Shown in pieces: positions 22,463-39,200 of a stretch of DNA of 39,555 bases; positions within the stretch are counted from its first letter, which is position 1; every line of letters begins with the position of its first letter. The stretch comes from Spirogloea muscicola (Eukaryota): NCBI GenBank assembly GCA_009602725.1, contig WELB01000016.1, positions 697,084 to 736,638 of the forward strand. Direction: 5' to 3'. Both the position numbers and the translations under genes were made by a program. The notes under the pieces are model-generated. The model was given only the letters and a program-made list of their open reading frames with translations. It ran no database searches and was not told where the DNA came from.

Positions 22463-22868
22463 CAAATGAGTTTTTGGGGAGCTACTGTAATTACTAGTTT
22501 AGCTAGTGCAATTCCTGTAGTGGGAGACAGTATTGTTACTTGGTTATGGGGAGGATTCTCCGTGGACAATGCAACACTAAATCGTTTCTTTAGTCTTCAC
22601 TACTTGATGCCCTTTTTAATTGCAGGCGTAAGTATTTTGCATATTGCTGCATTGCACCAATATGGCTCTAACAATCCTTTAGGCATTAATCCTTCAGTGG
22701 ATAAAATTGCTTTTTATCCTTACTTTTATGTAAAGGACCTTGTAGGTTGGGTAGCTTTTGCTATATTCTTTTCCATTTTTATTTTCTATGCACCAAATGT
22801 GCTAGGACACCCTGATAATTATATACCAGCTAATCCTATGTCAACTCCTGCTCACATTGTACCAGAAT
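22463..22868 (+). pseudogene. cob: Mitochondrial cytochrome b fragment (NUMT), 135 uninterrupted codons
   Basis: [18 protein letters not shown]...[22 protein letters not shown]-rich against a GC-rich background. Confidence 0.97.
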
Positions 22869-23110
22869 TCCCTGCAGCAAGCAACTCTGACTTGATGTTG
22901 CTCACTCGCTGGTACTGAACTTCCATCTGCATCGTCTCGTGTTTTGTGGTGTAGTCCTTTTTCGGCACCTTTTTCCTTTGGCTTTGGACATTGTCCATTC
23001 TTTTTGGGCTGGCTTTGCCAGCCCCTCTTCTCTATGGGCGAGCAATTTCGTCTTCGGCTGGCCTTCTAGGCTTGCCTTTCAAAGCCATTGCCCCCTTGGA
23101 AAAGCCTCTA
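22869..23110 (+). mobile_element. CRE-like 3' end fused to the cob fragment, plus further stacked hairpin modules
   Basis: [31 protein letters not shown] at ~23006-23024; variant GGCTT-GCCTTTCA-AAGCC at 23069-23086. Confidence 0.8.
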
Positions 23111-23702
23111 TCGTTTCGGCTGCTCGACAGGTTCCAAGTTGCAGGTGTCACTAGAGGTTATTGTGAGGCTATCTGGATTAGTAGTAGGAGCCACTTGCTT
23201 CACGTGCTGATAGCTTCCGGCCCCATGGACGTTGAGGAATGCAGAGAAGTATTAGGCACGCCATCCCTGCGCCTTGAACGACTTGCAAATATAGATGACC
23301 TTTTAGATTCTTCATGCTGCAATACCTTGACTTGCACCAGATGTCCAAGTTGTCAAACAGCATGGCCAACTAATGGCCATTGTAATTCACCTACTACATT
23401 TAATGCATTAGGCTTAAAATGTATCTTGGTCGCCTCACCAGCTATAAAAGAACCCACTCTTTCAGCGGGTTCCTTCCGAAGCGGTTTTCCTTGTTTACTC
23501 GTACACTATTTGTTGATATGCTTCCCTCTTCTTTCATCAATGTGATGGCTAAGAAGAGAGACATTCATAATCTCTGCTGCGTAACCCCACAATTGCCGCT
23601 TGCCTCTATTTCACGAGCCGCCACTCCATGAGCAAGCGACAATGTAGACCCACATGTAGGATTTCACAGAGCGCCCTTCTAAAGACCATGAGTCAAGATT
23701 GG

Positions 23703-28868
<5,166 letters not shown>

Positions 28869-29097
28869 GGGGGGCCTGGCCTGCAGCCTCGGCCACCCAG
28901 CAGAGCTCGGAGGGACGGCGCCGCGGCGGAGCTGGGGATGGAGGGAGGCTGGGCGTGGCGCGAGCAGGGGCCTGGCTGGAGGAGGGAGGGAGGAGGGGGG
29001 GAGGAGGGGGGCAGGCACCGCCGTGGCGCAGCCTGGGGGGGCGGACCGCGGAGCAGCCCCTGTTCGCGCGCTTTTCCGCCTTCCCGCGGCCCCCATC

Positions 29098-29111
29098 TTT
29101 TGGCGGGAAAA
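29098..29111. promoter_or_regulatory. Overlapping double E2F site in the DDM1 promoter
   Basis: TTTTGGCGGGAAAA (TTTGGCGG on + and TTTCCCGC on -), ~230 bp upstream of the predicted ATG; TTCCCGCG at 29081. Confidence 0.65.
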
Positions 29112-29205
29112 TCGCAGTGTGAACTGAGTGACTGAGGGCCTGAGTGGCCAAGTACGGAGGCAAGCTCGTCGACTGATGTGTACATCACCTGCTGAGCTGA
29201 CCCGC

Positions 29206-30060
29206 TCAGTAACCACGAGTTCAGCGCGTAGAGGTTCGCCAACCGATGCCCAAACACGGGACGGCAATCGACAAGCCCTTGTGCCACCAGCTGAAGCTCG
29301 ACCAGCTTTCCGGTGCAGATCATGACCCTGAGCTCGCTGCAGAGAGGCCGGCACACGACGCCGCAAAGACGACGGATAGGCTGCCGGCATGCCCATCTCG
29401 GGTGGAAGCGGATCCTCACGCCTTATGTCCCAACTTTGCGATGTTCTCAAGTAGGGCATGCGAACGAGGACCCATGCAGCCAAAGATGTCAACTGCGGCT
29501 GATAGGAGGTGATCGAGTAGTGCTGCGGCTTTCTCTGCTCTGCACTTCCCACTGCGTGTCCAGCAATGGGGGCCGATGCTGAATTCTTGTACGCCGCCGT
29601 CGCAACCACATTGATCAAGGGTCGTGGAGCTCCCCAGGTCATACACCTACAATGTCCAAGGTGCGACAGCAATGGCATCCCTGATCGTCCGTGGTGATGG
29701 CCATAACGTTGTCCACCTCCGCGATAGCGCGGTAGCCGCCGTCACGCATCAAGTCTGGGCATCCCGTGGTAGATTGCGAGTGCCCACCACTTCGAGGGCC
29801 AGTGGGACATCGCAGCATGTGCGTAGCGTGGTCTCCGCCCTCCGCACTTCCTTTCGTCGGAGCAGCGCGGCTCGCCACCCTCCACATGTCACGCTGGCCT
29901 GCTCCACGGCCTCTGCGCCCTCGGTGGCGCCCCTCCTCTCTGTGACAAGGACGCCCCCGTCAAGGGTGGGATCCAGCCCTGTGCATACCACAAAGCAGCG
30001 GCTTCTCCAAGCGGCAGAGCGCCTCACCGCTGGCTCTGGCATCGTCCAAGCGTGCTTCCC
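29206..30060 (-). mobile_element. Old CRE-like remnant (CCHC + RLE C-terminus)
   Basis: HMLRCPTG, AAVDIFGCMG, RRRVPASLQRAQGHDLHRKAGRA, ending ...TRGY* (TGA at 29208-29206); frameshifted. Confidence 0.75.
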
Positions 30061-31118
30061 TTGTTGACAGTTAGCCACCTGGCCACTAATTGCAGCACCG
30101 TGTTGACTTGCCGATATCTGCATTGCAATTTTCCCGCAGGCATCGCACATTTGTCTAGGCTAGTGTTCCTCATTGGCAATCCTTTGCTGAGTTATTTTGC
30201 TACTAAGTGCAGAACAACTCAGGGAGTTGCTTTGCACTTCGCAATGATTGGAAGCTGACACTGACTTTAAGTCAGTCCGGCCAACACTGTTCATGAGGTG
30301 ATCTGTGGGCATATATTTAAGAACATATGGCAGACCTTTCACCAACTACACTAAGCTGTCCCTTCTTCCACTCGCCAATGGAGAACATTAGATGTAAGCT
30401 GCAATACCCGGTGCCCTTTGGTGCCCCACCTGGGGCCAGCTCCTTATCTCGCACCCAGAGGGCTTGCTCAATGTGGCACCCATAGCAGCCGCTACAGAAA
30501 GCACGACCAATGAAGACCCGCAGAGGTGCATGCATGTTGGCCTAACGAGAGAAAATTAAGTTGTACGCAAAAACCTTGAACCTCCAGTGGAAAGGCAATA
30601 TGCATCCCTGATGGCACCGTAGGCTGCCAGGTCAACCACACAAGCGGCGCCTGACATATTGTATCCAATTTGGGGGCTGCTGGCACTGAGCAGTTGTTTA
30701 CCCTTCGGGGCATTTATGCCTGAGGGGCTCCACCGACTCATGTAAGCTGGACAGGTCAAGGCCATCTCAATAATCGCATGCTGAGGACCCGCTCTGAACC
30801 TCAATGCACATCTGTCCTGTTTCAATACCAAGGTGTCTGTCCTGAGCTGCACTAGTCAGCGCTGGGCCATCTATGGCCCGGTCGCCGCGCACGCTGGCCG
30901 CCGTTGCTGAGTCCTGCTCAACACTGGCGGGCGTGCTCCAATAATGGTTAGATACACAAGAAGGAGCGGGCCATAGGCAGCTCTGATCCTGTAGCTGCCT
31001 CAGCCGCTTCCCCCTGGCGGAGGAGAGAGAAAACAGGGAGAAGGGCAAAAGGAGGGAGAGGTATCTACCTCCGCTGCTGCGGAACGAGCAGGCCAAGGCA
31101 GCACTGCGCCGCGGGGTC

Positions 31119-34012
31119 TCAGACCTCGAGGTAAGCACGCAGGACGCTGTTGCGGCTCGGCTGTCGCAGCTTGCGCAGGGCTTTACTTTCAATCTGCCGA
31201 ATACGCTCGCGCGTAACCCGGAAGATGTTCCCAATCTCCTCGAGAGTCTTCACGCGGCCATCATCAAGGCCATAGCGCAGCCGCATAACCTCGCTTTCGC
31301 GTGGGTTGAGGGTGTGGAGCACCGCCTCCAAGTCCTGCTTCAGTAACCGCTTTGCAATAGCGTCCTCGGGCGACTCTATGTCGCGATCCGCGATGCACTC
31401 CTGCAGGCGCACAGCAGCAGCAGCCGACTAGCACCAGTAAGTGCCCATCTAGCCTGATTCTGCATAGGCTAGTGCTTACCATGCCAGAATAAGCAATCAA
31501 TGATAGAATTTATAGGAAACAGAAACAAAGAAATTGGTGCCACAACTCAAATGGAGGTATGCAGCAATAGCCTCTCAGGCAGACAACGACATCCGGGCTC
31601 ACCGAGAGGGTCTGGTCGCCGTCCTTGCCAACCGGCTTCTCCATAGACACAGGGATGCGCGCAGCCTTAAGAATTGACCTGATCTTGTCGGCGGGCATGC
31701 CAACGATTTCCGCAAGCTCGTCCTCGCGAGGCGGCCGCCCATGCTCCTGGATGAGCATCTTCTTTGCCTTGTTGATACGTGAGATTACCTCGTATAGGTG
31801 CACCTGTCCCTTGCGAACATTGACAACTTGGTCAGCAGCCGCTGAGCCGAACTGTTGCTGTGCACCACTGAATTGGCTACACATTCACGATGCGTGACCG
31901 TTTCTTAGCAGCTGACTCATGTTGCAGTGAGCTGACAATCTGGCACAACTGTGCGGTCCTGGCCGATAACAACAATGCCGTTGATGTTTCAGGGCTGAAA
32001 GTGGCACACCGGCAGCCTGATGGTGCGGGCCTGGTCAGCAATGGCGCGTGTAACGGCCTGCCGAATCCACCAGTGTGCATATGTCGAGAACTTGAAGCCT
32101 TTGGTGTGGTCAAACTTCTCTGCACCGCGGATGAGGCCCATGCTGCCCTCCTGCAGCCAGCCACAAGACTCTAGCTACGTCAAGTTCAGCTCAATCCAAG
32201 GTTACGCACTGGTAGCATAACTTGGAAGCAACAGCACAGGCCTGCACAGCTGGACCTTCTATGTGGCAACATGCTCAGCATCGTTCTTCACAGCAAGCCA
32301 AGAATCTGTTAGCAGCAACTGGCGGGAACAACTCGCACGTCCAAGACGAGTGATGCTGCAATACTAGGGGGCTACTTTGCAGTGAATGACTGGCGTTCAA
32401 TTGATGCCCAGCTGCAGACCTGGATGAGGTCCTGGAAGGCCATGCCGCGGCCCTGGTACTTCTTGGCGACCGACACAACGAGGCGCAGGTTCGAGAGCAC
32501 CATCTTGTCCTTGCAGGCACGCCCGTCCTTGACGCGAGTCTCGAACGCCGTCTGCTCCATGCCGGCAGCGCGCGACCACTCCGCCAGCGTCGGCGCCCGC
32601 CCCAGCTCTTCTGCCAGGCTGTGGCTCAGCCGTTCCAGCTTCAACAAATCCTGCGATCGCAACAAAGCAACCACAATTCAGGTACATGCACATTGATCTG
32701 CACTGACTGAGGCACATTGCCACGTACAGTTGGTCTAGAAGCCAGCAATCAAGATACTAACAATTGAACTGCTCCACAAAATGGCCTCAGCATGTACTCT
32801 CTAGCAACAAAAGGCTGCCGCGCAGCCACCCATGTCCTCAAGTCCACAGCTAGGGGGGCTAGTGGTGACTGACCTGGATGCCCTGGCTGAGCTGCACCTC
32901 CTCAAGGCCCGTGAGCAGCCGCGTCTTGCCGATCTCGCGAAGGTACGACCGGATGGGGTCGGAGGGGTCATGCTGCCCGAGTGACGGCTTCTTGACCTTG
33001 ATCGGCACGGCAATGGAAGCGGCGGCGGCCACCTGCTCCGCGCGCTCCGTCGCGCGCTCCCGCTTCTGCAGCCGCTCGATCCGCTTTGTGGAGCGCACAG
33101 CGAAGGTCCTCGTGGCTTCATCACTGCCTGCGCCACGACTCGCCGCAGCCTTGTCGTCCCGCAGACGGGCCTGCTCCTGCGCTCGCTCCATGGCCTGCGC
33201 CATGGCTGTCGGCACCTCGCCCTCGTCCTCCCACAGGACCTCGGAGCCCTTGTCGGCCTCCAGGCACGGCCGTGCATCGTCGGCGCTGGCACGGCGATCC
33301 CTCGAGCTGGGCAGCAACGAGCCGCCTTGGTCAGAGCCACCATTGTGGCGGGCTGTGGGTGGTGGGAAGTAGCCTCCGGCTGCGGCCATGGCAGCGGCCT
33401 CGCGCGCGGCCTTGGCGGCGGCCCTGGCGAGGGCCATGGCCTCCTCCGCCGCCGCGCGGGTCGTCGCCGCGTCGCTCGTGGAGCTGAGCCAGTTCTCGGC
33501 GAGCGACGTAGCGCCGCGCGACGGCGCGTGGTGCGCCACCAGGAGGTGGTCTGTCGTGTGGATCCGGCTGCCACAAAACGCCACAAGGAATGGTGATGAG
33601 CCTCAGCACCTCCAGCGAAGCCCATAACTGCAGCAAGACCAAACGACGTAGCTACTATGGACTATCTGCTCTTGACGATAGAACGGGAGACGATGAAGAC
33701 CCACTGCTACTACAGTCCCAAATGACCAGCAGAGCTGTCAGCGCGCCACTTGACCAGACGTGCCAGAGGGTTCACAGATGCGAGCCGACGAGGCCATTGC
33801 GGCTCTGCCAGTCGTTGGGCCGTATGGTCAAGAGCACCAGAAGAACGGGCGCGGCAGCTCAAGCAGTGCCTCTGAGCCCCGGCACGCCCTCAGCGGCAGA
33901 CGCCAGGTCTGAGCCCGGGCAGCATGTCGGAGGCAGAGGCGGACCTGCAGGAGAAGGCGGCAGGGAGGAGCGCCGATGCCGCCGCCGCCACCGCCGCGGG
34001 CGCGCAGGCCAG
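31119..34012 (-). CDS. SIG2: Nuclear-encoded plastid RNA polymerase sigma-70 factor, SIG2-like (6 exons)
   Basis: Exons 33945-34012 (predicted), 32874-33567, 32420-32650, 32010-32150, 31603-31803, 31119-31400. Regions 1.2 ([11 protein letters not shown]), 2 ([26 protein letters not shown]), 3 and 4 ([17 protein letters not shown]). The start codon and subfamily assignment are inferred. Confidence 0.9.
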
Positions 34013-34574
34013 CTCGGCGGCGCGCTGGCCGCGGCAGCGGAGGCCGCGGGTGCGGCGAGCTCCGGGGCCCTAATGTAAACCTCTCCCTCCCTCATCCGGT
34101 CGAGGCCCCCCCTCCCCGACCGGGCGCGGCTCTCTTGCCCCAAGCCAGCAGCCCTCTCTCCAACCCATCGTCATCATGTGATCAAACAGTCTCCCTTCTG
34201 AGGAAAGCCGGTCTCTCTTCAGAGGCGAGCAGCCCCCCCGTCGTTCCCCCTCCGCGTCACATGGTCCCAACAGCCGCTACGTGGCGCTTAAACCCCCTCC
34301 CCCCCGCGCGCTCCCGCCCGGTAACGTGGCCGTCTGGCGTGGCGCCTTGATCAAATCGGTGGCCCATTGCCGCGCCGCCCGCCTTGGCGCCGTCGGATCG
34401 CCAGCGCCATCCAACGGCGCGCGTCGACCGCCACCCGCGGGCCGCGCAGGTACGGCACGATCCGACCGGTGGTTGTCGCCGCGCTAGCAAAGAAACGCGA
34501 TCGGCCCCGCGCCAAATCAAAGCCGTTAAGTATAACGCCCCAGCCCGTCCCACCCACTTCTCCTCTGGTCATTC

Positions 34575-35290
34575 TCATTACGTGGAACTGGCCACTCAGC
34601 CATCAGAGAAAGGCGCTTCCAGTAGAGGGCGGTGGCTGTTAGAAGAAGTGGCTCTCCCATTGGGGGCAAGGGCTGTGAAAGCCAGCCCGAAAAGATTTGA
34701 CGAAGCTTCGAAGGGGCCAAATGGCTGTTAGAGGCCAGCTCAGAACGTAGAAGAGTCTACTGGAAGAGTCTCTTACTCCTCCATGCCGGCCTAACCTCGT
34801 TGCCCTGCCTAGCCTCGCGCCCTAGCGACTGAAGAAAGGGACAGCTTTTCCAGTGTAAGGCAATGGCTGACAGGCCAGCCCAAACGAATGTGAAAGGTGG
34901 CAGAAAGGGCTACTGAATACGCACTGCCACTACAACTCTTGTAGTTTGGTTTTAGGTCCTTCCGGTCCTTCTGAACCTTGTTCATTCCTTTTGGGCTGGC
35001 CTCTTACAGCCATTCCCTTACTTTGTTTGGGAGCGCTGTTTGTCCTTGTATCATGCAGACCATTATCTGACCGTTTGCTAGAAGTGTCATCTCTCACTCT
35101 CCGCTTTTTCGCCTTCCATTTACTCCGATCTGCATTTGTTGATTAGAGATTATTGAGCGTCCATTCACAGAAGTCATGGAGAGTAGCTTCGTCTTCATTC
35201 GCTTTCAGGCCCTTTCAGACCTTGTTTGCTCCTTATGAACTGGCCTCTCACGGCCATCGCCTTACTACTGGAGCTGTTCTGCTCTTCTGC
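34575..35290. repeat. Cluster of short CRE-like 3' terminal modules in both orientations
   Basis: Minus copies at ~34600-34730 and 34832-34910; plus copies at 34955-35045 and 35200-35290; most carry the GGCTG/CAGCC stem, and the last is degenerate. Confidence 0.65.
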
Positions 35291-36289
35291 TGGCGCCTCA
35301 CAGCCACCAACAGCCTTGTACAGGAGACTCACCGTTCCCTGCTGCCACCAGCTGGAGCCAGGAAAAGGTGCTTGCCATCAACTTGGCAGGCACAAGTGCT
35401 CCAGCTCACAGTTCTCGATGGTGGCCCGTTGCTTCCAATTGTACAATCTGCTTCCTTCACTTGCCTCTCGACTCTGGTAGAGGCCAGCAACTCACTTGGC
35501 GGCTTGAAGCTGCTGTGCGGCTCCCCAGCAAACCCCAAGCCTGCGGGTGCAACATAGATTCTGCCCCGGTTGGCCCCCACTGCCATATCTGAAAGCCCAC
35601 CTCTCATCCCTCGGCAACTGATACTGGACAGAGATGCATCATAATGGGATTGGATGATGCTCCCCATACCTGCAGTTGAAGTAGCATCACAACCGCAAGC
35701 TACTCTGACCACTCCAACAGCAATGAGCCCATAGGCAAATGCATGCTCGTCTGGGCATGCACGTCATCAACAGATAAACAGTAACTGGAGCAGGCAGACT
35801 GAGACCCGCATAATCCTCTGTACAAATATCGGAGGTAAGCAACCCAATGGCAGCTTGTAATTTGAGGTGAAGCTGTAGGCCACAGTGAATTGCAAGCAAC
35901 ACCCTATAGAATGTGTAATGCGAGTTCAAAGACGACGGGGTTTAGCCTCGTCACAAATGGCGGATCCCGCCCGCCTGCACCTGGCAAACAGCAGCACGAG
36001 GAGGCGCGGTGGGATGTGCAGACAAATGTGTCCCTCGGCCTTCACCGGCCAGCACGGGGCATCCGCATATCAAGCACTTTAAGTAATGGGTGCAGAAGGA
36101 AATCCAGAGGAGAGCTGGAGGAAGATTCGACAGATTCCATCAGGCGGAGCTCAAGCTAGCTGCCGCTTGTGAGACGGTCTGCGCTGCGCAAAGTAGCATC
36201 TTGGCCCCCTGGCAGCTTGGCCTTTCAATTGAAGTCGCGGAGCACCTGGCAGTGCCAGTACGTTTCGCCGTTCTCGCGGCTGACTTGCG

Positions 36290-39200
36290 CTACTCACCGA
36301 CCTCCTTCACATAGCCATCGGTGCTCTCCTCAAGCATGAAGCTGCCGCCGGGCACTTGGAACTCAGCCACCGCCTCCATGGCCGCCTCATCGTCGCCGTC
36401 AGGCTGGTTGTTTGCCATGGCCTGCGCAACCCAGGTTTGGTACGTGCCAGCAGCGTCTTCGCCGACGACCTGCTGATGCGCTGCTTCAATCCCGCCATAC
36501 TGAGCTGCGTCGACGACGTTCACGTCCAGCGCAATGTCTGCTGGCACTTGGAAGTTCTCCATGGGGCCCACACTGTGCTCCTCCTTGACACAAGTGCCGG
36601 ACTCTGTGAGCCCTGCACTTGTGTTGGCATCTGCAACAACCAACAGCCACTGTAAGCGCAACGCAATGGCTTCCTCGCACATTGTTAGCTAACCATCTCC
36701 CACAAGTGCAAGAGTAGCTCAGGCAAGGACGGAGCGAGAATGGTGGACAGACCAGTGCCAGCAGAGAGACTCTGGTCGACTGGCGGCAGTGGTTGGCCCT
36801 GCGCGAACGGCGACATCGGCATGTAGCCGCCGCCAGGCAGGTCGAGCGGCGGGTACGCTGGCAGCGAGAAGCTCATGGGCCGTTGTGAGTACAGCGGCTG
36901 CGCGAATGGCGGCGCCGGCGGCAGCTTAGGGCTGCCAGCGCTGCCTCCGCCCGGCAGGTGGTGCGGTGGCGGCGGCTGCATCCCGAACATCTGTCCGCCG
37001 CCGCTGCTGCTGCCGCCATCGTTGTTGCCGCTGCCTCCGCCGCCGCCGTGACCAACGAGCGTCGGATGCAGGCCCAACGGCGACGGCAGCGATGACGGCG
37101 AGGCTTGCAGCTCCATGCCCCCCTCCTCATTGCGGCTGCGCTTAAGCGGCTGCACGCTCTTGCCCCAGTGCTGCGTGGAGACAGGCAGGTGTGTCGTGAG
37201 CACCATCAATAAGTTAAGGTATGTTACTAATCAAACAATTAAGCTGTCACTGAGCTGATCGCTAAACCACCTTGCTGTATGTAGGAGTAGCGGAAGCAGG
37301 GCAGCGCATCTGCTGGGAGGCCTCACCGAGCTTCCAGTATACGGCCCCATTGAGTAGCTGCTGATCATGGCCGCGGCGCCCAGGGGAGGTCCCTGCTGCG
37401 GCTGGAGCCTCAGGGGCTGCAGTGCAGGCCGCAGGAGCGACGAGCCCTTGCCAGTGGCGACCCCGTGGCCCCCACTGCCGCGGCCGCCGTCGCCCCGCGG
37501 GCTCGCCGCAGCCGCGGCGCTCGCGGCCCCAAGGAATGCGTCCGCTGTGTCGAACGACGGCGCCGTGAGCATGTCCGTCATGCTGACTGCCAATGCCGAT
37601 GTCGACGACTCCGTGCCCGCCGGGGCCGCTGCCATGACGCCGCTCCCCTCCCTGCCGCCGACGCCGGTGCCAGCGCCACCAGCACCGCCGGCGCCGGCGA
37701 CGCTCACGCTGCCTCCGCCGCCATCCAACAGGTTTCCGCGCTTCCTGCTGGACCCCAACCTCAGCGCGCCGCTGCCCCCGGGCGTGCCAATGGACGTGAG
37801 CGCCGAGTTTGCCGCACGCTGTTGCTGATCGATCATATGCTGCAGGTACTTGCTCTGCGCCTCGATCTGCAGCTGCAGCATGCGCTGCACCTGCGGCACA
37901 CCACAGGGACGCGAACGACGCTCGGGGCATGAGACCAGGGACTCGGCTGCCCACGTCAATCAATGGAAACCCGTGATGGCGGTTGCCTGACCAGCCAACC
38001 TTGGTGATGTCACCGGCCTTGACAGCGACTGCAAGCGGCCAGCAAGTCTAACTTTTGTACCTCAAGCTGCTCGTGCAGCTGACGTTGCACGAGTAGCACT
38101 TCCGTGATGTGCATTGTGCGCCGCCCGGGGCTGGTAGTGCCACGACGCCACGGGTGCAGACATAACACCAGGTGAGCCAGCGGTGTGGCAAGGCCTCAAC
38201 ACCAGCACGGTGAAAGCCGAGAACCCTCGGCAGCAACAGCAGATTCAATGCTGCTACAGAAGTTCAATAATGATGAACATAAACGTGACTGTAACAGAAC
38301 TGTTAATCATCACACTGAGGTTTAAATGCTGTAATAGATAGCGTGCAGGGAGGGCAGCAACAGGGGGCGTGTCTCACTCTGGGGAGACTCTGGACACCAA
38401 GTTTGGAGCGCTGCCAATATTGCTGGCATCGCCGTTGCCGCTCGTGCGGCCGCCACTGCTACCGGCGCCATGGCCGCCGCCCCCACCGCCACCGTTCCCC
38501 GCCCCACCAGAGCCACCAGCGACGCTGCCGGCGCCGCCGCCGCCGGCGACAATTGTGGGCTTCTTCGCAATCTGGCCAACACCCGCGGGCCGAGAGGGAG
38601 CTGCCATGTCTGGCAGCTTGTCGGGCCTGGGACTTGGCACCGGCGGCGCCGCCAGCGCCGACGGCGGCGGCCCTAACGACGGCGCGCACTCTGGAAGATG
38701 AGACAACTTGCGGTAACCTGTTAGCCATATCTGTTAGCTGGCTGCGCCTGACGGCGGCAGTGCCACGGAGGCAGCATAAGGGAGATGCTCACGCTTTGGA
38801 GGCGGACCGCTGGGCTGGTTTACAGCGCCGCCGCCGCCGCCTGGCGGGCCTGGCGGCAGCATGCCTGCCGCGCCGGCCATGTCGGGCGACGACCGGGACA
38901 TGCGATACTTCTGCAAAGGGTGGCCACAAATCCGTCAACAATTGCTTAACAAATGATTAGCAGGAATATCAGTCCCACCACCAGCCTGCACAAGAAGACA
39001 TGCGTTGCTTGCCACCATGCCATGCCGGATGCAGCGGACTGGCGGACAATGGCTCCCGCGGCGGGCTGAGGGCCGGCTGCCAATGCCGACCTGGAGGTGG
39101 CTCTTGACGTGGTAGATTGTGAGGCCCTGGACGCTCATGACCCTCAGCACTCCCTTTGGCGTCGCACCTGCCAGTGACCGAGGGCGACGGCAGGGGTGAG

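Noticed and set aside
22445..22918. Functional cytochrome b gene or functional nuclear tRNA-Pro
   Set aside because: cob is an internal fragment fused to TE sequence, and the tRNA is organellar-type and embedded in the same insertion.
30150..31000. Additional gene between DDM1 and SIG2 (also 35329-35712 and 23160-23560)
   Set aside because: Only short ORFs with no recognisable motif or consistent exon chain; left unannotated.
31119..33567. Bacterial contamination or recent horizontal transfer of a sigma factor
   Set aside because: It has spliceosomal introns and a long N-terminal extension typical of nuclear-encoded plastid sigmas.
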